Assembly (NCBI GenBank): GCA_001563875.1
Contig: LKMN01000002.1
Location: 11,324 to 75,323 of the forward strand
Length of the DNA stretch: 64,000 nt
Origin: Nanohaloarchaea archaeon B1-Br10_U2g1
GTDB lineage: Archaea > Nanohalarchaeota > Nanosalinia > Nanosalinales > Nanosalinaceae
Direction of reading: 5' to 3'
In this document: positions 10,732 through 20,209 of the stretch, in pieces
Position numbering within the stretch: position 1 is the first letter of the stretch
Layout of the letters: every line of letters begins with the position of its first letter
The notes under the pieces: generated by a model
What the model saw: only the letters and a program-made list of their open reading frames with translations
Told to the model about the DNA's origin: nothing
Database searches by the model: none
Translations under genes and position numbers: made by a program

Positions 10732-11697
10732 ATGAAGTTGAAGGCTAGAGATGAAGCGGGAAAGTATGATAGAGCAAATGAGAAACTTAATCAAGTGATT
10801 GAAGAGACCGGAAAAGTAATAGTAGGGCAGGATGAAGTGCTGAAGAACACTCTTATATCCATACTTTGTGACGGAAACGTTTTACTCGAATCGTACCCCG
10901 GTCTAGGGAAGACGAAAATGACCAGAACCCTTTCGGAAGTTTTAGGACTTGAATTCTCACGTATACAGAACACTCCTGACCTGATGCCTACAGACATAAC
11001 AGGAACACAGATTATAAACGATAATGCTGACGGTAAAGAGTTCAAGTTTCAAGAAGGACCTATCTTCGCTAATATGGTTCTTGCAGATGAGATAAACAGG
11101 GCCACGCCTAAAACACAGGCAGCGCTTCTCGAGGCCATGGAAGAGAAACAGGTTACCGCAGGTAATACCTCCTATGAGCTGGAGAAACCTTTCTTCGTGA
11201 TCGCAACACAGAACCCTATAGACCAGGAAGGTACTTATCCTCTCCCTGAAGCCCAGACAGATCGATTCCTCATGAAACTGAGACTTGACTACCCACCGAG
11301 AGAGGATGAAGAAGAGATAGTAGACCGTTTCACCTCAGAGCTTGATTACTCCCCGAAACTTGAGACAGTTCTTTCCAAGCCATCTCTCATCAAGCTTCAA
11401 GAGTTCACCCGTAGTGTCCCTATAGCCGACGATATACGTGAGAGAGCCGTTGAGATAGTAGCCGAAACCCGTAAGAACGACAAACTTGACTTTGGGGCCT
11501 CTCCAAGAGCATCCATGAGCCTTGTGCTGACCTCGAAAGCGAACGCATTAATAGAGGGTCGGAACTATGTCTCTGCCAGAGATATTGACTCCATGGCCAA
11601 ACCTGTTTTGAGGCATCGTATAGGACTTAACTTCAAAGCCGAGAAGGAAGGTCTTTCTACCGACGATGTTGTAGAGGAGATAATCAGCAACGTATGA
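10732..11697 (+). CDS. moxR: MoxR family AAA+ ATPase
   Basis: PGLGKT, 'RIQNTPDLMPTDITG', 'LADEINRA', 'ATQNPIDQEGTYPLPEAQTDRF', 'GASPRA'. Confidence 0.95.
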   Translation: MKLKARDEAGKYDRANEKLNQVIEETGKVIVGQDEVLKNTLISILCDGNVLLESYPGLGKTKMTRTLSEVLGLEFSRIQNTPDLMPTDITGTQIINDNADGKEFKFQEGPIFANMVLADEINRATPKTQAALLEAMEEKQVTAGNTSYELEKPFFVIATQNPIDQEGTYPLPEAQTDRFLMKLRLDYPPREDEEEIVDRFTSELDYSPKLETVLSKPSLIKLQEFTRSVPIADDIRERAVEIVAETRKNDKLDFGASPRASMSLVLTSKANALIEGRNYVSARDIDSMAKPVLRHRIGLNFKAEKEGLSTDDVVEEIISNV

Positions 11698-12551
11698 TAG
11701 AGATAGATTTCATAGACCAGTTAGACCGGTTCAACCTAGTTCTGAAGAAGAACTCCTCAGAGATAAATGAAGGGCAACAGAAAAGCAACTTCTCCGGTCA
11801 GGGAATGATCTTTGAGGACCATAAGAAGTATGTGCCCGGTGACGACATACGTAAGATGGACTGGAAAGCGTATGCACGTACAGAACAGTTCTATATCAAA
11901 CGTTTCGAGCAGGAGAAAAGTCTTACATTACATATCCTTGTAGACCGTTCAAGCTCTATGGATTACGGAGAGAACAATAAGTACGATTATGCAGCCAAGC
12001 TCGGTTTAGCGACCGCTTACATGGCTTCGAACACTAACGACCGTTTCCGTTACTCGGTCTTCTCAGAAACTATTACAGATATTTCCTCGGCAAGAAGAAA
12101 TCCTAATCTGGCTGCTATGGTTGAAACACTGAACAATCTTCGGAAGACGCCTGATAGTCTTATAGAAGAATGTATAACCGAGTACAGTAAACGTATTCGG
12201 AACAAATCGGCCGTTATTATCTTCTCAGACTTCCTCACTGACTTAGAACAGATCGAATCCGCTCTTAAAAGACTGAAAGACACCGAGACTATACTAGTGA
12301 ATACTTTAGCCGCACAGGAGTTAGATCCTGACCTTCAAGGAGATAAAATTCTTCTAGATCCTGAGTCAGATTCCCGCATCAGAACTTACCTATCAAAAAA
12401 GACTCGTAAAGATTATAGGAAAGATTTAGAGGAACACACCTCTAATATAGAGGAGTTAACTAACCGTTACAACGCCAAGTACGTCAAAATATCTACAGAA
12501 GAGGAAGTATTCGACTCTTTTCTAAAAGTTTGGAGAGCGTTGAACAGTTAA
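11694..12551 (+). CDS. DUF58 domain-containing protein
   Basis: 'FEDHKKYVPGDDIRKMDWKAYAR', 'DRSSSMDYG', 'IFSDF'; directly after MoxR. Confidence 0.93.
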   Translation: MIEIDFIDQLDRFNLVLKKNSSEINEGQQKSNFSGQGMIFEDHKKYVPGDDIRKMDWKAYARTEQFYIKRFEQEKSLTLHILVDRSSSMDYGENNKYDYAAKLGLATAYMASNTNDRFRYSVFSETITDISSARRNPNLAAMVETLNNLRKTPDSLIEECITEYSKRIRNKSAVIIFSDFLTDLEQIESALKRLKDTETILVNTLAAQELDPDLQGDKILLDPESDSRIRTYLSKKTRKDYRKDLEEHTSNIEELTNRYNAKYVKISTEEEVFDSFLKVWRALNS

Positions 12552-12581
12552 ACAAAAAGATTACTATCCGAATATATCTTC

Positions 12582-13316
12582 ATGAATATACACGGTTTTG
12601 AAACCGTTGACAGTTTGCCCTGTCTATACCAGCCGGATACAGATATCTTAATCGTCTCCGATCTACACCTCGGTTTAGAGGGAACTATGACCTCTGACGG
12701 CAACTACGTCCCTAGACACCAACTGAAAGGTATCAAAGAAGATATTGAAGAGGCGAGAGACCTTACAGAAGCTTCAAGGATACTTATTAACGGAGACATG
12801 AAGAATGAGTTCAAGACACGCTACTCCGAGACAAGAGAGATAGAAAAGCTTCTAAAGTTCTTAGAAAATCTCTTCAAAGAAGTAATAGTCGTCAAAGGGA
12901 ACCACGACACCTTTCTAGAATCAACTCTAAAAAAGTTCGGTATAGAACTAAAGGATCACCATCTAGAGAACAGGACACTGTTTATACATGGAGACAGAGA
13001 GATAGAAGAACTGCAAACAGATGGTTTTGATAAAATTGTTATAGGTCATGAACATCCTGCTCTTATACTCAAGGACGACATAGGTGTTAGAGAGAAGATA
13101 CCTTGCTTCTTGTATGGCAAAACAGCTGAAGACGAGAGAATTACCGTACTTCCCGCGTTCTCAAACATTTCAAAAGGTACAGGAATAAACGAAGTTCCGG
13201 AGAACCAGCTTCTATCACCGATAATAAAGAACAGAACAGACAAAGACAACCTGAAGGCAGTAGGCGTGTCACGTGAGGCAGGACTTTTCAAGTTCCCCAA
13301 GCTGAAAAAGATCTAG
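12582..13316 (+). CDS. Metallophosphoesterase (ICC-like, Lhr-associated type)
   Basis: SDLHLG, NGD, KGNHD, IHG, GHEHP, 'VLPAFS'. Confidence 0.9.
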   Translation: MNIHGFETVDSLPCLYQPDTDILIVSDLHLGLEGTMTSDGNYVPRHQLKGIKEDIEEARDLTEASRILINGDMKNEFKTRYSETREIEKLLKFLENLFKEVIVVKGNHDTFLESTLKKFGIELKDHHLENRTLFIHGDREIEELQTDGFDKIVIGHEHPALILKDDIGVREKIPCFLYGKTAEDERITVLPAFSNISKGTGINEVPENQLLSPIIKNRTDKDNLKAVGVSREAGLFKFPKLKKI

Positions 13317-14488
13317 TTCCTCGAAGCAACCAGAGTAATAACAAATATTAGAGCAGCCACGAAAGCAGCGCCAAAGAAGGAAACATTGATACTCCAGACC
13401 GAAGCTATAGTTCCTGCCATTATAGGTCCTGCAGCCTGACCTATATGCTTAGAAAACTCCCAAAAACCTGTCAGCTCTCCCTCAATTTCCTCAGGAGCTC
13501 TGGAGTCAAAGAATGCGTGTAATGCTGGCGAAATACCGTCAGAAAGTAACCTTGCAACAAGGAAGAACACTGCAACAGCGTATATACTGGTTGTTAATCC
13601 CATTAAGACAAGTACAGGAACTAAAAGCAGAGATAGAATTGACACCGTTCTTAACCATCCTACCTTATCAGCCCATCTAGCGAATAGGAACTGGAATACG
13701 CTTGGAAGAGCTGCAAATCCGAATACTATACCCATTAACTCATAACTAGCGCCTATATCGTCCAAAAGCAGAGGTACGGCCAACCAGAAAAAGGTGAATA
13801 TTATTGAGTAGAGAAAAATAAGCAGCAGAGGAAACTTGATATTATGCCAGTTGTCTTCAAGGTGCTGTAGATCGTTAGCATATGTTTTTCTATTTAATAG
13901 ATCTTCCATAGAGTCAAAAAATCCTCTCTTACCTTCCAAACCTATGTATAGATAGAAAACTAGCACAGCAAGCCAGGCCGTCAATATCCATAAAGCAAAG
14001 GTTACGTCAAACCCTCTAGAAGCTATCAGAAAACCTCCTATCATAGGTCCTACAACTGCAGCAAGGTTAGCGCCTAGCAAGAACACCGACTGGGTTTCTG
14101 ACTCATTGTCTTCATCACCACTTTTTAGAGACATGCTCCAGCCCCCGTTCCATATCATTGACTTGACTATTCCTTCAAACGCTCTTCCAACCACAATAAA
14201 CAGAGGTGCACCTGTCAAGTAGAAGAGACCAGGCATCAGCTGTAGAACTAGCCCTACAAATATCACTACTTTCTCTCCAGCTCTCTGGACTAGGTTACCC
14301 ATAGGTATATCCAGAAACAGCGCCAGCAAAGGCGGTAGGGAAGTAAGTACCCCTACTAAGAATACGTTAGCTATATGTTTCTCAAAGAATATCGGCAGAA
14401 ACATCCATACAGTGTTGCTTCCCAACCAGGTAAGCATGAATACTAGAGATAGATGCTTGGCTATGGAAGGAACCTTGTCGAACTGCAT
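13313..14488 (-). CDS. MFS transporter
   Basis: About 12 hydrophobic helices; motif A-like 'GNLVQRAGEK' and 'ARWADKVGW'. Confidence 0.9.
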   Translation of the reverse strand: MQFDKVPSIAKHLSLVFMLTWLGSNTVWMFLPIFFEKHIANVFLVGVLTSLPPLLALFLDIPMGNLVQRAGEKVVIFVGLVLQLMPGLFYLTGAPLFIVVGRAFEGIVKSMIWNGGWSMSLKSGDEDNESETQSVFLLGANLAAVVGPMIGGFLIASRGFDVTFALWILTAWLAVLVFYLYIGLEGKRGFFDSMEDLLNRKTYANDLQHLEDNWHNIKFPLLLIFLYSIIFTFFWLAVPLLLDDIGASYELMGIVFGFAALPSVFQFLFARWADKVGWLRTVSILSLLLVPVLVLMGLTTSIYAVAVFFLVARLLSDGISPALHAFFDSRAPEEIEGELTGFWEFSKHIGQAAGPIMAGTIASVWSINVSFFGAAFVAALIFVITLVASRN

Positions 14489-14507
14489 TACATTAAAAAC
14501 AAGTTGT

Positions 14508-14750
14508 TCAGTGAGTTATAAAGACGTCGTCTTCGTCATCCTCTTCCTGTTCTGTCTCCTCTTGAGCTCTTTCTTCTTGACGGCGTACGAACTCTTCTTT
14601 GGCCTCTTTCTTTATTTCTTGAAACCTTTTCTCGGCCATTGACTTGTCTTCAGTACCTGCCTCTTCCTTCTTCAGCTTCTCATACCTTTCACTGCTGGAC
14701 TCTTTCTCATCGTTGCCGTCAGAGTTTATAGCGTTCAAGAAGTCGTTCAT
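14508..14750 (-). CDS. Small acidic hypothetical protein
   Basis: 80 aa charged helix; overlaps the upstream gene by 4 nt. Confidence 0.6.
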   Translation of the reverse strand: MNDFLNAINSDGNDEKESSSERYEKLKKEEAGTEDKSMAEKRFQEIKKEAKEEFVRRQEERAQEETEQEEDDEDDVFITH

Positions 14751-14968
14751 TTATTTTTACCTCCGACGAAAGGCAGTATACGTGCGATAGTTGTTAGATC
14801 TTCAACCGTTTCCGCAGTATGCTCTAGCGACTCTGCAGATTTCTCTAGAGACCTTATTGTCTTATCGATATTTCTCAGCATCAGAAGCGTGAAGACCAGT
14901 ATCACTACCAGTAAAGTCTTAAGGATAATATTCAGAGCTAGGTCTAGAGCTACAAGTTCTGATGTCAC
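14747..14968 (-). CDS. Small membrane protein (TM plus coiled coil, DUF948-like)
   Basis: GGAGG SD before the GTG start; one TM followed by heptads. Confidence 0.6.
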   Translation of the reverse strand: MTSELVALDLALNIILKTLLVVILVFTLLMLRNIDKTIRSLEKSAESLEHTAETVEDLTTIARILPFVGGKNK

Positions 14969-15053
14969 ACCTCCTTATTGTCATGCCTTGGTTTTATAGC
15001 TGGCGGTTGGAAACCCTTAAAAGCTTCTAAACCGACAATTTTTACGTGATAAC

Positions 15054-15395
15054 ATGGTAAACATACCAGATGAAGTCGAGGTATCTGAACTACCTTTCAC
15101 TCATGCAAGAGTAAAAAGGATGGTTAGAGAAAAAGCAGATGACGGACAGTACGTCCGAAGCGAAGTGTACTACGGTTTAAACCTTTTACTGGGCGAGATT
15201 GCTGATGAGATAATTGAGAGGATGATGAACACCGAGTCCGCTTATGTAGAGAAGTACGATCTTGACAGAGCGTCAAGAAAGTACGAGAAGGTTGAAAACA
15301 TTATCAAAGAGAAGGAAAGAGTTTCACGCAAGCTTGATGCTCTAGCAGCAGATGTAGAACATCTGTCTCGCGAAGTACAACAAGCAGACCACTAG
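15054..15395 (+). CDS. Histone-fold protein with C-terminal coiled-coil helix
   Basis: 'ELPFTHARVKRMVRE...VRSE...LLGEIADEI...YVEKYDLDRA' aligns by eye with HMf alpha1-L1-alpha2-L2-alpha3, followed by a ~35 aa heptad helix. Confidence 0.75.
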   Translation: MVNIPDEVEVSELPFTHARVKRMVREKADDGQYVRSEVYYGLNLLLGEIADEIIERMMNTESAYVEKYDLDRASRKYEKVENIIKEKERVSRKLDALAADVEHLSREVQQADH

Positions 15396-15420
15396 AAAAG
15401 AGGGTTTCAAAACCTCTTTC
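15395..15420. terminator. Hairpin immediately after the histone-like gene (possible terminator)
   Basis: GAAAAGAGGGTTT-CA-AAACCTCTTTC imperfect inverted repeat with T/C-rich 3' side. Confidence 0.4.
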
Positions 15421-15512
15421 TATCTCGTATTCTTACTGATTTTGTTATTATCTTTAGGTTGAACTGATTGGCCTTTATCTCTTAGAAATGGTTTCACTGA
15501 GCTCTCGTAAAA

Positions 15513-15531
15513 TTTATAACAGCGTTATAAA
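15513..15531. promoter_or_regulatory. Perfect palindrome TTTATAAC-AGC-GTTATAAA (candidate operator or back-to-back TATA)
   Basis: 8-bp inverted repeat 40 nt upstream of an HTH regulator gene. Confidence 0.55.
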
Positions 15532-15570
15532 AAGTAGGTTCTGAAAAAGCTTATAGAGGTAAAAGGAAGA

Positions 15571-15915
15571 ATGAGGTTCGAATCCGAAGTTGTCGCAGAA
15601 AACATACTTCCCGCCATAAGAAAGATACTGGCAGTCTCTCTGAGCACAGACTACGGTCTCACCCAGAGAGATATCTCTCAGAAACTCGCAGTTACACAAC
15701 CCGCCGTAAGCCAGTATCTAAAAGGAAAAAGGGCAGACAAAAATGTGGTAGAAAAACTTGAGGATGACCCTCAAATCAATATACTTATAGAAGACGCAGT
15801 AGCCAAAGCCGCAAAAGATGAGGACTTCTCAGACGAGATAAGACAGATAATACAGACCTCAAGAGACAAAGGGTTGTTCAAGGAAAAGTTTAGAGACACC
15901 AAACGCTGCCTCTAA
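15571..15915 (+). CDS. Archaeal HTH transcriptional regulator (COG2522 / ThiR N-domain-like)
   Basis: 'EVVAENILPAIRKILAVSL...GLTQRDISQKLAVTQPAVSQYLKGKR'. Confidence 0.88.
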   Translation: MRFESEVVAENILPAIRKILAVSLSTDYGLTQRDISQKLAVTQPAVSQYLKGKRADKNVVEKLEDDPQINILIEDAVAKAAKDEDFSDEIRQIIQTSRDKGLFKEKFRDTKRCL

Positions 15916-18050
15916 TCCCTAAAACCGTCCCAAGAGAACTCTTCAGCCTCATCTTCATTCTTCAGAACAGCGTTTACACGGCTCTCAATACCTTCCAAAG
16001 AGTTTACGGAGATATCTGAATCGACAACGCTTTCAAGATCAAAGTCATACTCCTCACTGTAGGCGAAAAATCCTACAGCACCTATACCACCTACTCCAAT
16101 TAGGACCAGCAATACCATCAACATTCTTGTACGCTGGGAGGAAATATGATCTGATCTGACCTCTTCATAGGTCTGTTCTGCCTCTGAGAAGTCAGAGCTT
16201 ATACCTGAAAGTGCTTCATCAGCCTTATAGTACTCACCATCTTCAATAGCTCTTTCAGCTTCATCCATTCTCTCTTCAAAGGATGCCATAGCTGCCTCTG
16301 CTTCTTCAGATCTCTCTTCAGAGAGGCCGTCCTCTTCAAGCTCTGTAATATTAGATCTCAGAGCGTCAAGACTTTGATCGTGACCTGAGAACTGTTGATC
16401 AATCTCCTGTTTCTGGTCCTCGTTCGCAGTTACCAAAAGCTCCGACTCAGCACTGTATGAAGGACCTTCAGAGGATATCTCTAAATCATGAGAACCTAAA
16501 TCTTCATCCTCAGTTTCAATCTCCCAAGTCAAGGACACCACACTACCATTATCAAGATGTGAAACAGTTTCGGACTGGTTGAATATATCCTCAACATGAC
16601 CTTCAATCTCCAGATCTTCTATTATGAACATTCCTGTGTTTTCAACACTTAAGTCAAAATCTCCTGTACTTCCCGCTTCTACCTCAAACTGTTCAGGAGT
16701 ATCTATCTCTACTTCAGGACCATCATCAGGATAGTACTCAAAGTCTAGATTCTGTGGTGTGCTCCACTGACCTAGATTGTCTTGCGCTCTAACATATAGT
16801 GTGTGTTCACCATCATCAAGTTCTGAAGGATCTATATCTAGACTTATTGTTCCGTCAGACTCGCTTGACCTCGTTCCGTCACCTGCACCATCAAAATCAA
16901 AGTAGTACTCTACCTGATCTACTCCGGAAGTATCATCCAAAGCCTCAAACTCTACCTCAAACTCATCATTGAAAATATAGTGTCCTGATACCGTATCAAG
17001 ATCCAAGACTGTTGGAGGACTACCGTCAAAAGTATATTCTTCGGAATCACTTTCCTCGCAGTGACCGGCCTCATCACAGACCTCTACGTAGATATCTACG
17101 GTAGAATCACCGTAATCCGACATATCAACATCACAGTAGAACTCTACTTCATCTTCACCATCTAAGCTTTCGAAACCGTCGCTATCAATCTCATCATCTG
17201 AATCATCTTTACATATAACTTCTTTTTCAGATACCTCATCACCTGTCTCATACACAGTTATCTCAAGTTCTTCATTGTAGTCGTCTTCAAACTCGTCTTC
17301 AGTGTATAAGCCTCCACTTGGATCAAAGTCGACATCTTCATCCCCTTCGAAACTGGTTGTTACTGTGAAACTCCATTCGTCATCCCATTCCTCATCCTCC
17401 CAGTTACCTCTATCGTTTCCCAAAGTGTCGTTAACCCACCATTCAACATAGTAGGTTTCTGTATCATTAAGGTCGGTATCGAGTTCCGGATTATCTGTCT
17501 CTCCAAAGGTATAGTCAACCAGGTCTTCTCTATCACTGTCCTCATAGACCGTTAAGTTAGTGTAATGGACTCCAGAACGGTCATCCTCAAACTCCGCTTC
17601 GACTGTCGGAGAATCATCCGATATGTATTCACCGTTGCTAGGACTTTTAGAATCAATTACGGGCCCTGTTTTGTCAAGGGTAACCTCTATTGTTTGATTC
17701 CTGTCTGTATTGTTGATATTGGTTGCGTTAAGATAATATTCTCCGGAAGATTCAGTATCTTCCCATGTAGGTGTGACGTAGCCATCCTCATCAATCTGTT
17801 CAACACTTATCTCCTCCCAAGTTTCATTGTCTTCACTGAAAGTCACGTTTATCTCTTCGTTCTCGTCACCCTCTTCTTCAATTACTCCTGCTGGATCTGA
17901 AATATTGAAATCAGGAGTATCAGGAATGAATTCTCCGTCTTCAGGCTCTATCCACTCAAGTTCATCTTCTGCAGATCCTAGTCCTAGTAATAGCGTGGTG
18001 ATTATGAGAAATGTTGTAAGTCGTAATGCTTTACGGTTGAGAATGGTCAA
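15912..18050 (-). CDS. Large acidic cell-surface protein (Ig-like/CARDB-like domains, helical stalk, C-terminal TM)
   Basis: Signal peptide, 'DKTGPVI' and 'DGSPPTV' Ig-like boundaries, 'HTLYVRAQDNLGQWS', many N-x-S/T sequons, C-terminal TM and cytoplasmic tail. Confidence 0.8.
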   Translation of the reverse strand: MTILNRKALRLTTFLIITTLLLGLGSAEDELEWIEPEDGEFIPDTPDFNISDPAGVIEEEGDENEEINVTFSEDNETWEEISVEQIDEDGYVTPTWEDTESSGEYYLNATNINNTDRNQTIEVTLDKTGPVIDSKSPSNGEYISDDSPTVEAEFEDDRSGVHYTNLTVYEDSDREDLVDYTFGETDNPELDTDLNDTETYYVEWWVNDTLGNDRGNWEDEEWDDEWSFTVTTSFEGDEDVDFDPSGGLYTEDEFEDDYNEELEITVYETGDEVSEKEVICKDDSDDEIDSDGFESLDGEDEVEFYCDVDMSDYGDSTVDIYVEVCDEAGHCEESDSEEYTFDGSPPTVLDLDTVSGHYIFNDEFEVEFEALDDTSGVDQVEYYFDFDGAGDGTRSSESDGTISLDIDPSELDDGEHTLYVRAQDNLGQWSTPQNLDFEYYPDDGPEVEIDTPEQFEVEAGSTGDFDLSVENTGMFIIEDLEIEGHVEDIFNQSETVSHLDNGSVVSLTWEIETEDEDLGSHDLEISSEGPSYSAESELLVTANEDQKQEIDQQFSGHDQSLDALRSNITELEEDGLSEERSEEAEAAMASFEERMDEAERAIEDGEYYKADEALSGISSDFSEAEQTYEEVRSDHISSQRTRMLMVLLVLIGVGGIGAVGFFAYSEEYDFDLESVVDSDISVNSLEGIESRVNAVLKNEDEAEEFSWDGFRD

Positions 18051-18129
18051 TCACTATTTATTCGATGGGATTCGAATGTTTAAGTAAATTTTTCGGTGAG
18101 GACAGGCTTTTTTCTTCCCTGTTTCAGGT

Positions 18130-18732
18130 TCACCGGTTTTGGCTTTGAAGGAACTGTTCCAGGTCGTTCAGAGATGTAGTGTATCCTCCTTCAGACGATT
18201 TTGCAGTGACTATTCCATGTATATCGTCTTCTTGATCTACTAGAGGTCCGCCACTGTTTCCTGGCCGAATCTCTGCATCTGTGAAAACCATGTCTGTAAA
18301 TACTTTGTTCTCTTGTTGAAGCTCTAAGGTTACTCCTGTTTCTAGTACTTTTCCTTCTGTTATATCGAGTTCGGACGCGTATGGATAACCTATAGCTGCT
18401 ACTTCTTGGTTTACCGTTGTTTCATCAGCAAGCTCCAACGGTTGTAACTGCTCAGGTATATCTGCCTCCAGCAAGGCTAGATCGGTAGAGCTTTCTCCCG
18501 CTAGGTTGTCGGCCTCAACAGTCTCTCCTGTACTGAAAGCTACCTCTAAATCTTCTGAGTCCTCAACAACATGGTAAGAAGTTATGATATAGTCTTCATA
18601 GATTACTCCGGATCCGAACTCGTGGTCTCCTTGGTTGACCAGAACTATTGAGTCTGCGGCGTCTTCAAAGCTTGCTTCCGCGGCGACCGACATTAAAAAA
18701 ATCGGTATCAGAACCAGTAGAGCCTTCTTCAT
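18130..18732 (-). CDS. Secreted trypsin-like (S1C/HtrA-type) serine protease without PDZ
   Basis: Signal peptide; triad 'TSYHVV', 'TDLALL', 'PGNSGGPL'. Confidence 0.9.
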   Translation of the reverse strand: MKKALLVLIPIFLMSVAAEASFEDAADSIVLVNQGDHEFGSGVIYEDYIITSYHVVEDSEDLEVAFSTGETVEADNLAGESSTDLALLEADIPEQLQPLELADETTVNQEVAAIGYPYASELDITEGKVLETGVTLELQQENKVFTDMVFTDAEIRPGNSGGPLVDQEDDIHGIVTAKSSEGGYTTSLNDLEQFLQSQNR

Positions 18733-18771
18733 AGGACGGAAATAGACATTGAGCCTTGAAATACAGTTATG

Positions 18772-20175
18772 TTATTCTCTGACATCTTCGAATCTCTGGA
18801 TAGATTTCTCTCTCTGTTGGGAGTGGTCAACTATAGGTCTTGGATAGTCTTCTCCTATCTCGCATCCGGACTCTTCCTGTATCTCTTCAGGCATTTCAAA
18901 CGGTTTATGGATATGCTCTTTTGGTACGTCTCCCAGCTCCGGAACCCATCTCCGTATATACTTCCCGTCAGGATCGTATCTTTCTCCCTGTGTCCAAGGA
19001 TTGAAAACCCGGAAGTATGGCTGTGCATCGGTACCTATACTGTATGCCCACTGTATTCCTCCCACCATTGAAGCTAGCTCCGCGTCTACGAACACTCTAC
19101 TGAAGTAGCTGTGTAGATCTCTCCAGTCTAGCCACAAATCCTTACATGCAAAACTAGTTGTAACCATTCTAAGCCGGTTGTGCATCCAGCCTGTTTCTTT
19201 TAACTGTCTCATTCCTGCGTCAACAAACGGAAAACCTGTTTTACCGTTCACAAATCTTTTCCAGTCTTCCGACGCCTGTTTCTTCGTTCTCCATTCGATA
19301 TCTTGGTACTGTTTTTGGAAGGGCTGGTTCACGGTTTCGGGATAGTTCCATAGCAGCTGCAGGTAGAAGTCTCTCCAGGCCAGTTCCTCTTGCCATGTTT
19401 TGGGTCCCTCAGAGTCCGGATTCCTCGCCTTCATTCTTTCAGCCATCCAGAACACCTCTCTGATGCTTACTGTTCCAAACTTTAGATGCGGCGATAGCTT
19501 GCTGGTAGAGTCCTTCCATGCGTAGTCTCTGTCCGAGTCGTAATCAGAGATTTTCTCTTTGAACCTCTCCATACGCTCTAAGCCTTTTTTTCGGCCTCCT
19601 TCCCATACATTCATTCCTGGATCTTCAAATCCTAGCTCTTGAAGCGAAGGAAGTTGATCAGACTCTACGTCCGGTACAGCATATTTGGAGGGTTTTTGCG
19701 GTCTTCTTTTCTGCTTGTCAAACCATTTCTTTGCGTAGTAGCTGTATACCTTGTAAGGGTCTCCGGAGTTGGTTAGTATCTCTCTCTTCTCAAACATTAC
19801 GTTATCTTTGAAGGTTTCAACTTCTACGGAAAGGTTTTCTCTGACTTCTCTGTCTCTTCTCTTCGAGTAAGGCGAGTAGTCTCTATTGAAGTAAATTTTT
19901 TCTGGGTTCAGCTCTTCCACGATTTTTCCAACCTGTTCTACAGGTTTACCTTTTCTTAGAACTAGGTCTTTTCCTTTGTCCTGTAGATTCTGTCTAAGTC
20001 TCTGTACAGAGTCTCTCCAGAACTTTACACGAGGATAACCTAGGTCAGCGTTTTCGAAGTAGCTGTCATCAACAACGTAGAAAGGTACAACCTCCTCATA
20101 CTCTTCTGAAGCCTGTACTAAAGCGGTGTTGTCTTCTTCTCGAAGCGATCTCCGGATCCAAACTACAGCAGTCAC
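18772..20175 (-). CDS. phrB: Deoxyribodipyrimidine photolyase (class I CPD)
   Basis: 'WIRRSLREEDNTAL', 'TSKLSPHLKFG', 'WRDFY', 'GKTGFPFVDAGMRQL', 'GWMHNRLRM', 'DAQPYFRVFNP'. Confidence 0.95.
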   Translation of the reverse strand: MTAVVWIRRSLREEDNTALVQASEEYEEVVPFYVVDDSYFENADLGYPRVKFWRDSVQRLRQNLQDKGKDLVLRKGKPVEQVGKIVEELNPEKIYFNRDYSPYSKRRDREVRENLSVEVETFKDNVMFEKREILTNSGDPYKVYSYYAKKWFDKQKRRPQKPSKYAVPDVESDQLPSLQELGFEDPGMNVWEGGRKKGLERMERFKEKISDYDSDRDYAWKDSTSKLSPHLKFGTVSIREVFWMAERMKARNPDSEGPKTWQEELAWRDFYLQLLWNYPETVNQPFQKQYQDIEWRTKKQASEDWKRFVNGKTGFPFVDAGMRQLKETGWMHNRLRMVTTSFACKDLWLDWRDLHSYFSRVFVDAELASMVGGIQWAYSIGTDAQPYFRVFNPWTQGERYDPDGKYIRRWVPELGDVPKEHIHKPFEMPEEIQEESGCEIGEDYPRPIVDHSQQREKSIQRFEDVRE

Positions 20176-20209
20176 GTATGAAGAATTGGGTGCTAAGCTT
20201 TTACAGTTA

